A stretch of DNA of 24,643 bases from IMG/VR virus record IMGVR_UViG_3300033067_001997, positions 1-24,643 of that record, one strand, 5' to 3'. Of this stretch, positions 18,011 to 24,643 are shown one piece after another. Each line of letters opens with the position of its first letter. Position 1 is the stretch's first letter. Made by a program: the position numbers and the translations under genes. The notes beneath the pieces were generated by a model. It saw nothing but the letters and a program-made list of their open reading frames with translations, was not told the origin of the DNA and ran no database searches. The DNA is from a virus. Its lineage: Duplodnaviria > Caudoviricetes.

Positions 18011-20182
18011 AGCCCTCCTGATCTGGACATCGACTTCATGTCCGGTACTGATGAGTTGTTGGATGATTTCCTGTACCAGAAGTACGGGAGGGAGCGCGTG
18101 ATGGCTGTGGGCACATACTCTACTTTCAACGAGAAGGGCTGTTTGAAGGACGTGGTCCGCGCTCATTATGGTGTGGAGGCAACGGGTGATGAATCAGAGG
18201 TGAATCAGGTCACCAAGGCGATGCCTGATTGGCTCAAGGAGAAGAAGCTCACCTTGAAGGACTGGTTCGAGAATTATCCGAACATGCCCGATTGCAGCCC
18301 TGTGGTCAAGAGGTGGCTGCAAGACCCGAGGAACGAGATCATATTGGAACAGACCCTTCAATTACAAGGTCAGGTTCGCGGCTTCGGAAAGCATGCGGCA
18401 GGCGTCATTATAACGCCGCGCGAGTCGTGGCATGATGTCCCAAGCAGTGTCATAGGAAAGAACCAGAGCATCATCACGGCGTTCTCAGAGGCTGACGGTT
18501 CCAGCAAGGATCTTTCGGCGTTGGGCATCCTGAAGCTTGATCGGCTCAAGCTGAGCACCATGAACATCATCATGGATGCGATCAAGATGATCAAGCATAA
18601 TACGGGGGTCGACATCACCGATACCATCATGCACATTGATGAGCACTTCGATGATAAGAACCTGTACGCTGAGTTGCGGCTCGGATTGAACCACGGGGTT
18701 TTCCAGTTTGAAAGTGCCGGTATCAACTCTCTCATACGCAACATAAACATCGACTCGTTCGATGAGGTCGTGGCGGCCAACGCGCTGTTCCGCCCCGGAC
18801 CCATGGGCATTGACGCGCACACTGAATACATCCACAACAAGTTCAATCCCACGGAGATCGAGTACGCCCACCCAGCGTTGGAATCCGTATTGGCCGAGAC
18901 CAACGGGGTGATGATCTTTCAGGAGCAGGTGCAGTTCATAGCCAACAAGATCGCCGGTATGAGCTTGGGCGAGGGAGACATGCTCCGGCGTTACATGGAC
19001 AAGGCCTCGAAGATCATCTCCAAGACCTCCAATGGAGTGGAACTGGAAGAGAAGGATTTGCAGGACAAGGACTACCAGAACTTCCTCAAGTACTGGGAGC
19101 AATTCTTGAGCGGGGCCGCCAAGCAAGGGTATAACGAGCGCGATGTGAACATGATACGGGACTACATGGTCAAGTATCTCGGATATTCGTTCAACAAGTC
19201 CCACAGCGTGTCGTATGGCTTCATCGCCATGCAGACCTTGTATTTGAAACACTACCACCCAACGGAGTTCTATGCGTCGCTGCTGAACAACGCCAAGAAC
19301 ACCGGGCCCGACGACAAAAAGAAGGCGTGGATGGAGAATGCCATTGCATCGGCCATCTCCAAAGGCATCACCGTGCGCCCGCCATCAAGAAGGTCGCAAT
19401 GGGAGTGTTCTACCACCGGGGAGAAGGAGATATCGCTGGGCTTCTCCATGATCAATGGGTTCGGCGAGGCAGCCTATCAGGAACTTCTCGACCTCTTGAG
19501 GGTGAAGAAGAAGACCTTGGACACCATTGCCATGACAACGTTCTTCGAGCTACCGTTCTCGAAGTTCAACAAGTCGGCCTTCGAGGCCTGCATGAAGGCC
19601 GGTGTGTTCGATGACTGGTCCACATCGCGTGAGTTTCTCATGTCGCTCAAGACGAGGAAGAAGAAGAAGCCGGGCGACCCGCATCAGATGACGGCCTTCG
19701 ATATGGAGGAAGTAAGTTTGGGCGTCCGCGTGGATGATAGCGTATACCCGCCCGCTTCAGATGGAGAACGTCTAGCGCAGTTCATCGAGGTGTGCGGATT
19801 CGACATCCGGCATATCGAGCGCATAGCCAAGATAAAGAGGAACATCGAGGAGAAGGCCAGCAAGAAGTCCAAGGCCGTGGAGCCCATAACGAACTTCCAT
19901 GGGGATGACTCCTATTATTTCTTCCTCAATGACATACGGCACATGAAGACCAAGCAGAACAAGGATTACCTGCAACTCATCGTGGGCGATGGCATATCAA
20001 AGACGAAGCTGCACGTGTTCGAGCCCATGGTGGAGCGCATCGTGAACGACTTGGAACGCAACGCCGTATACTTGACCCAGTTCGTACAGAACGAGAAGGG
20101 CTTCATCAATATGAAGCGCAATTGCAAGTTCAAGAAGATAGTGCATGCCTACAGCACTGACATCATAACCAATGCCGCATGA
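17867..20182 (+). CDS. dnaE: DNA polymerase III alpha C-half, starting with a split C-intein
   Basis: After LTHN|: SPPDLDIDF (catalytic DxD), GKHAAGV, LKLD (third Asp), GVFQFES, NALFRPGP, FQEQV, GYSFNKSHSVSY, C-terminal OB-like region. Confidence 0.95.
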   Translation: MQVVKLKSKRKVDYTGKVYDLSFVNDPYFFASAAAMSAGNNSLILTHNSPPDLDIDFMSGTDELLDDFLYQKYGRERVMAVGTYSTFNEKGCLKDVVRAHYGVEATGDESEVNQVTKAMPDWLKEKKLTLKDWFENYPNMPDCSPVVKRWLQDPRNEIILEQTLQLQGQVRGFGKHAAGVIITPRESWHDVPSSVIGKNQSIITAFSEADGSSKDLSALGILKLDRLKLSTMNIIMDAIKMIKHNTGVDITDTIMHIDEHFDDKNLYAELRLGLNHGVFQFESAGINSLIRNINIDSFDEVVAANALFRPGPMGIDAHTEYIHNKFNPTEIEYAHPALESVLAETNGVMIFQEQVQFIANKIAGMSLGEGDMLRRYMDKASKIISKTSNGVELEEKDLQDKDYQNFLKYWEQFLSGAAKQGYNERDVNMIRDYMVKYLGYSFNKSHSVSYGFIAMQTLYLKHYHPTEFYASLLNNAKNTGPDDKKKAWMENAIASAISKGITVRPPSRRSQWECSTTGEKEISLGFSMINGFGEAAYQELLDLLRVKKKTLDTIAMTTFFELPFSKFNKSAFEACMKAGVFDDWSTSREFLMSLKTRKKKKPGDPHQMTAFDMEEVSLGVRVDDSVYPPASDGERLAQFIEVCGFDIRHIERIAKIKRNIEEKASKKSKAVEPITNFHGDDSYYFFLNDIRHMKTKQNKDYLQLIVGDGISKTKLHVFEPMVERIVNDLERNAVYLTQFVQNEKGFINMKRNCKFKKIVHAYSTDIITNAA

Positions 20183-20640
20183 GGATATTCAGGATCTATT
20201 GCAGTGCCGCGTACGACATCGCCAGTGGTCTCGGAAGCGCTTCTTACGTGGTCACGGAGGACAACTCTGTGCTGGACGAGGACTCTGCGTGCGACAAGGC
20301 CCCAAGCGCGAACGCCACGGAGATGCTATCGGTGGCCAATGCTCTGGAGGCGGTGCGCGTTCACGGAGGAGGTGATGGCGACAGAGCCTTCATCTACATG
20401 GACTTCCGGCCCGTCTGTGATGCGTTCGAGAAGGGATGGATCACCAAGTGGCAAGAGAACGGCTGGAAGAACTCTGATGGGCTCCCTGTGCGCAACAAGG
20501 AACTGTGGGAGACCATATGCGATCACCTGCGTGGGATGAACGCGGAGTTCCGGTACACCAAGCGCGATGAGATGGGGATGTTGGAGAAGCTCAAGAAAAG
20601 GGCGCGAAAGGCCCTGCTGTCATTTGAACAGGTCCTTTAG
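20179..20640 (+). CDS. Ribonuclease HI-like protein with degenerate active site
   Basis: ANATEM, IYMD, WITKWQENGWKNSDGLPVRNKELW match RNase HI; IYCSAA replaces IxTDGS/A. Confidence 0.8.
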   Translation: MRIFRIYCSAAYDIASGLGSASYVVTEDNSVLDEDSACDKAPSANATEMLSVANALEAVRVHGGGDGDRAFIYMDFRPVCDAFEKGWITKWQENGWKNSDGLPVRNKELWETICDHLRGMNAEFRYTKRDEMGMLEKLKKRARKALLSFEQVL

Positions 20641-21039
20641 ACTGAAAGAGAGCATGCCCACCAAAGCCAACAGTATGGCGCTGATGATCCCCGCGATGGT
20701 CTTGGCGCGGGTCATAAAGACCTGAAGGGTTTCGACCTTGATGGTGAGGGCGTTTATGGCGTCCTCAACACGCTTCAGATTGGCCACATCATCCTTTTCC
20801 AAGGAGTCGATGGCTTCCCGGAAATCGTCGTCCCTAGACGCCAGTTCGGAACGGAGTTGATGGATCTTGTTCTCCAACTCCGCCAGACTGTTGTTGAGGT
20901 AGCTGAGCTTGGCTATGTCCAAGTTGGCCTTGTTGACCTCATTGCGGAGCCCGTTCAACTGCGTGTCAAGGTGCTCAAGCAGGTTGATTATGTGCCTTGA
21001 CCACTCTTTCCATCCATCTCTTTCTACGCTGTCGTTCAT
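20620..21039 (-). CDS. Coiled-coil protein with C-terminal transmembrane helix (139 aa)
   Basis: Heptad pattern followed by IAGIISAILLALVGMLSF; fills the gap between + strand genes; TATTTA motif upstream on the - strand. Confidence 0.7.
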   Translation of the reverse strand: MNDSVERDGWKEWSRHIINLLEHLDTQLNGLRNEVNKANLDIAKLSYLNNSLAELENKIHQLRSELASRDDDFREAIDSLEKDDVANLKRVEDAINALTIKVETLQVFMTRAKTIAGIISAILLALVGMLSFSLKDLFK

Positions 21040-21116
21040 GATGCTTGATTTATGTTGCCAGTACCGTCCCTATTGGTTTATACAGCCATTTGGGGTGGGT
21101 GTACGTGCTCCTTATC

Positions 21117-21135
21117 TAAATAGGATCCCTATTTA
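21117..21135. promoter_or_regulatory. Inverted repeat TAAATAGG-atc-CCTATTTA, putative divergent pair of TATTTA (late-promoter-like) motifs
   Basis: Perfect 8-bp inverted repeat with a 3-nt spacer between divergent genes 21039(-) and 21155(+). Confidence 0.55.
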
Positions 21136-21154
21136 CTTGGAAAGCGGGTTTGCA

Positions 21155-21637
21155 ATGAAAAACGCGAAGAAGTCCTTTGCGAAGTGGAAGGAGAAAATGA
21201 AGCGCAAAGAATGGGCAGAGGCGAGGTATGGGGACTCTTGGGAGTTGAAGAAGCAGCAGAAGCTGGAGGAGAACGCCAAGAAGATGAGAAAGAACATGAC
21301 GGCGCCAGAGAAGATCATGGCCACCCTCTTGAAGGAGTTGAAGATCCCCTATGAGTCGCAGGTCGTTCTAGGAGAGTTCATCTACGATTTCCGCCTGACC
21401 GATTCCAAGATACTGATCGAGGTCGACGGTGACTACTACCATGGCAACCCGGCGAAATATGATGATAAGGACCTCAACGCCATGCAGCGCAAGAACAAGC
21501 GCACCGATCAGAAGAAGAACATGATGGCCGGAGGTTTGAAGTACAAGTTGCTGAGGTTCTGGGAGTGTGACATACAGGACAAAGGATCCACAGTGAAGGA
21601 GGAGATCAAAAAACATATCGATGGAACTGAGAAGTGA
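21155..21637 (+). CDS. DUF559/Vsr-like endonuclease (160 aa; ATG 21155 preferred over 20909)
   Basis: AKKMRKNMTAPE, FIYDF, LIEVDGDYYH, D.KKN...YKLLRFWE.DI. Confidence 0.8.
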   Translation: MKNAKKSFAKWKEKMKRKEWAEARYGDSWELKKQQKLEENAKKMRKNMTAPEKIMATLLKELKIPYESQVVLGEFIYDFRLTDSKILIEVDGDYYHGNPAKYDDKDLNAMQRKNKRTDQKKNMMAGGLKYKLLRFWECDIQDKGSTVKEEIKKHIDGTEK

Positions 21638-22055
21638 AATACGCCGGATACTCGCCGAAGAGCTTGCCTCTCTGGAGAACCCATTGGACAAGATGAAGGA
21701 CGTGGCCATCGACACTCAAGACGTGCAGGACAAGGTCAACGCATTGAAGGCTCGGGCCAAGAAGGAAAGAGATGACATCATGACCACCATGAACGCCAAG
21801 CGGAAAGCCAAGATGGTCCCGCAGGGCAATGATCCAGAGATAGAGCGTCAGCGACGCACATTGGTGGACAAGGAGATAAATGACCTCGATACCAAGCGGG
21901 TCGCAAAAGACGAGGAGCAGGATGAGATAGACATGATGGCGACCGACCTCACACAGTTGAGCACTTCGGTCAGCGACCTGCAAAAACAGAAGACTGAACT
22001 TCAGGCCATGCTTGCCCAGATGAGTGGCAACTCCCCGGAAGTAGGAGGAATGTGA
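21621..22055 (+). CDS. Hypothetical coiled-coil protein (144 aa)
   Basis: Charged helical ORF overlapping the upstream gene end. Confidence 0.6.
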   Translation: MELRSEIRRILAEELASLENPLDKMKDVAIDTQDVQDKVNALKARAKKERDDIMTTMNAKRKAKMVPQGNDPEIERQRRTLVDKEINDLDTKRVAKDEEQDEIDMMATDLTQLSTSVSDLQKQKTELQAMLAQMSGNSPEVGGM

Positions 22056-22101
22056 TTGATTTTCGGATTTTAAGGGTGTAGTATTTACCTCTACAACCTT
22101 A

Positions 22102-23157
22102 ATGACCGGCACTTCAATGTCTGAAACCCCAAGAATCACTAACAGGAAGAACGAAAACCCTGAACCTGTTGAATCCATCGACCAAATACGCTCTAGGGCC
22201 AAGGACGATGATGAAGTAAGGACCATCGTTGAGGCTCTCAGGAGCGACAAAGCGATCAAGGAGGCCGACTATGACAAGGTCCTCACGGGGCTCGGCATTC
22301 CAGAAAGCCAGTACAGGAGGTTCCTCACCCCGAAGAGGCCGTCCGCGCCCGATCAGACGAAGACCTCCGGGAACTACAAGCTCAACAACATCAGGAACGC
22401 TGAGAAGATGTTCGAGGCCCCCACCTATGTGTTGGACCTCCCTTCAAAGGGCATGTTCTACGAGAATGGACAATCCACGTTGAAGGTGAAGGCGCTGACG
22501 GCGCAGGAAGACGACATCCTGTTCACGCCAGAGTTGATCACACAGAACAAGGTATTGCACGCTGTGCTCGACAGTGCCGTTATAGACGAATACCTTCGCC
22601 CTGAGGACATGCTTTCGTGCGATCGGAACTATGTCCTGATTCAATTGAGGATAAATGGCTTCGGGAGCGAGTACGAGCCCGGACCAATGGGATGCGACAA
22701 TTGCGGAGGCGTATACACTCCGAAGGTAGACCTGTCCAAGTTGAGCATCAAGGAACTGAAGCACGCGCCGGACCCCGATGGTCTTTACTTCGTTGAGCTT
22801 CCCATGAGCAAGGTCAAGGTGAGGTTCCGTCTGCTCAATGGAAAGGATGAGCTTGCACTGCAAGGAAAGGGCATGGCCTCCATCAAGAAGCAAGGCGGGT
22901 TCAAGGCCAAGAAGATGTGGAGCGAGAGGTATCTATTGCAGATCATGGAGGTCAATGGGGAGGTCGACAAGATCTTCATCAAGAGCTTCATCGACGCGAT
23001 GCCGCTGGGGGACTCACAGTTCTTCCGCAAGTTCGCGTTCGAGGTAGAGCCCGGAATTGACCTGAACTACAACTTCACATGCACGCACTGCGGGCATGAG
23101 GATGAGAAGATCGTTCCTATAACACCAAGATTGTTCTACCCTGATGCGGAGCTATGA
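22102..23157 (+). CDS. Baseplate hub assembly protein (T4 gp26-like)
   Basis: LDLPSKG.FY, LTAQEDDIL, DRNYVLIQLR, CDNC, EPGIDLNYNFTCTHCG; TATTTA at 22082-22087. Confidence 0.7.
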   Translation: MTGTSMSETPRITNRKNENPEPVESIDQIRSRAKDDDEVRTIVEALRSDKAIKEADYDKVLTGLGIPESQYRRFLTPKRPSAPDQTKTSGNYKLNNIRNAEKMFEAPTYVLDLPSKGMFYENGQSTLKVKALTAQEDDILFTPELITQNKVLHAVLDSAVIDEYLRPEDMLSCDRNYVLIQLRINGFGSEYEPGPMGCDNCGGVYTPKVDLSKLSIKELKHAPDPDGLYFVELPMSKVKVRFRLLNGKDELALQGKGMASIKKQGGFKAKKMWSERYLLQIMEVNGEVDKIFIKSFIDAMPLGDSQFFRKFAFEVEPGIDLNYNFTCTHCGHEDEKIVPITPRLFYPDAEL

Positions 23158-24071
23158 GCGACATCGCACGTCAGTTCTCGATGATCAACGTGCCATCCAA
23201 GGGAAAGTACTATGAGGATGGCAAGTCGTATTTCCTTGTAAGGCACCTGTCGTACATCGAGGAGAACATTCTTGCGAACGACTCTTTGATGGATACCGAG
23301 GAGGGCATCAAGCTGGTGCTCAAGAGTCTCATGATGGATGACTTTGACGTGGAGAGGCTGTTGCCGGGCGACGTGCAGGCCATCAGCATGTACCTGTACT
23401 CCACCGCCTATGGTGACAAGATCGAGTTGGAGGTGACGTGCCCCGGCTGTTCCTACAAGGAAAAGAAGGAGGTACACATAAGCAACTTCAAGATGAAGGA
23501 GGTCAATGCTTGGCCCGATGAAAGACGCATGGTCATGGGCATACTCCCCGTGTCCAATCATTCCTTCACGATGCGCATCCCCACGTTCTTCGACGAGTTC
23601 CGCTTCAAGCGCAACATGCAGAATCAGGACACGCACTTGGACCGCATGTCTTTCCTCGTGAGCGAGGTGAACGGCGTGAGCGGACAAGGCATGGTGAGAC
23701 AATACATCTCCACACTGCCCATACAGGATTCTAGGTTCCTCAGGAAATTCATCGACAACAACACTCCCGGTGTCGATACCCATGTTGGTCATGAGTGTGC
23801 CGAGTGCCATCAGGAGTTCAAGGTACACGTATCCAGTGGTCACAACTTCCTGCGGTTGCCATCTTCTTATGCCGCATCGATGTTGGAGGAGGTATACCTT
23901 GTGGCCAAACACGGGGAGAACATCGGATGGGAGGAGGCCACACGCATGAGCACGATACAGCGCAAATGGGTTCTGACGCGGATCCAGCAGGATAACAAGC
24001 GCAAAGGGGACAATGAGGCCAAGGAAGCTGAGCGCATGAAATCCAGAGGCCGCAGGTTCAGCAAACGCTAA
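23154..24071 (+). CDS. Second gp26-like paralog with a gp51-like C-terminal extension
   Basis: VPSKGKYY, EENIL, CPGC, DSRFLRKFI..NTPGVD, CAEC; tail EEVYLVAKH...WEEATRMSTIQRKW. Confidence 0.65.
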   Translation: MSDIARQFSMINVPSKGKYYEDGKSYFLVRHLSYIEENILANDSLMDTEEGIKLVLKSLMMDDFDVERLLPGDVQAISMYLYSTAYGDKIELEVTCPGCSYKEKKEVHISNFKMKEVNAWPDERRMVMGILPVSNHSFTMRIPTFFDEFRFKRNMQNQDTHLDRMSFLVSEVNGVSGQGMVRQYISTLPIQDSRFLRKFIDNNTPGVDTHVGHECAECHQEFKVHVSSGHNFLRLPSSYAASMLEEVYLVAKHGENIGWEEATRMSTIQRKWVLTRIQQDNKRKGDNEAKEAERMKSRGRRFSKR

Positions 24072-24109
24072 CAAGGCAAAGCTGGTGTCCACTGGCTATT
24101 TACAAACAC

Positions 24110-24643
24110 ATGGAGCGTTTTCAAGAGATAGATGACTTGGCCTTGAGAACTGAGGGTCTTTTCGGCAAATTGATGTCCAAGGTGGGTCTTGGCGGCCAGA
24201 ATACGGGACCCGCAAGAGCGCTCGGTGGAGGGCGTTACGCCATAGGCAACAATGAGATACTCAAGCTCGGAGGGGTAACCGAGGACGAATTCCTGAAGTA
24301 TGATTGGAACAACGGCAAGTTGTCGTTCCTCACCAAAGGCCAATGGACCGCCAAGGAATTGGTGCTACAGATAAGCCAAGGGGTCGAGCAAATCGTTCGT
24401 TTCGCTGGCCAGTGGAGCGCAGGAGCCTTCGTTGGGAACTTCTTCGGAGACTTCCAAGGCGAATCCTTCGAGGGGCATTTCCAATCGGCCTTCAACAGCT
24501 ACAGGTCGGGCCCCAGCACGTTCGTCAACGGAAAGGTCACCTCATTCGATAGGGGAGTTATAGGCGTCCCCAAGCTGGAGGTCACCTCATTGGACAAGTC
24601 CTCACAAAAGAGAGTGGTGTCGCTCTTGGAAATGAGGGTCGGC
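24110..24643 (+). CDS. Hypothetical protein (3'-truncated; MERFQEIDDLALRTEGLFGKL...), absent from the ORF track
   Basis: ATG 24110, 7 nt after TATTTA (24097-24102); 178 codons open to the window end; Gly/Phe-rich repeat-like stretch. Confidence 0.7.
   Translation, partial: MERFQEIDDLALRTEGLFGKLMSKVGLGGQNTGPARALGGGRYAIGNNEILKLGGVTEDEFLKYDWNNGKLSFLTKGQWTAKELVLQISQGVEQIVRFAGQWSAGAFVGNFFGDFQGESFEGHFQSAFNSYRSGPSTFVNGKVTSFDRGVIGVPKLEVTSLDKSSQKRVVSLLEMRVG

Noticed and set aside
12716-20182. Cyanobacterial-type split DnaE, or a dnaE pseudogene
   Set aside because: The cyanobacterial split site (Y|CFNKSH equivalent, here GYSFNKSH) is uninterrupted; both halves and all splicing residues are intact.
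20909-21154. N-terminal 82 codons of the 242-aa ORF
   Set aside because: Antisense to the minus-strand gene and spans the divergent regulatory site; ATG 21155 is more plausible.
3326-24552. Many minus-strand and alternate-frame ORFs (e.g. 3326-3949, 11789-12454, 12725-13468, 18485-19258, 23136-24092)
   Set aside because: Shadow frames of well-supported genes, with no recognisable motifs.
1-24643. Genome-wide TAG reassignment (genetic code 15)
   Set aside because: Terminase, portal and both dnaE halves run thousands of codons with no in-frame TAG, and the RNase H-like gene ends naturally at TAG 20638-20640. Only site-specific readthrough remains possible.
1-24643. tRNA, rRNA or intrinsic terminators
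   Set aside because: Intergenic gaps are short, and no cloverleaf or convincing hairpin plus U-tract was seen by eye.

Overview
Fragment of a large tailed dsDNA phage genome (T4-like myovirus gene families), nearly all on the + strand. TAnnTTTG promoter elements and an Hc1-like protein suggest a Bacteroidota host. Gene order: repeat-containing tail/virion proteins, HAD 5'(3')-deoxyribonucleotidase, an AAA ATPase interrupted by one in-frame TAG, terminase large subunit, gp20-like portal carrying a 416-aa HNH intein, histone H1-like protein, DEDD exonuclease, a fractured DNA polymerase III alpha locus, a degenerate RNase HI, a Vsr/DUF559-like nuclease and two gp26-like baseplate paralogs. The main highlight is the polymerase. 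A DnaQ-PHP-DnaE N-half ends in an N-intein and a separate gene starts with the matching C-intein. Between them lie a Vsr-like (EDxHD-type) endonuclease gene and, unexpectedly, a DUF262/DUF1524 (GmrSD-like) gene, bracketed by a ~30-bp imperfect direct repeat that looks like a duplicated promoter/leader. All calls come from reading motifs by eye; no database searches were run.
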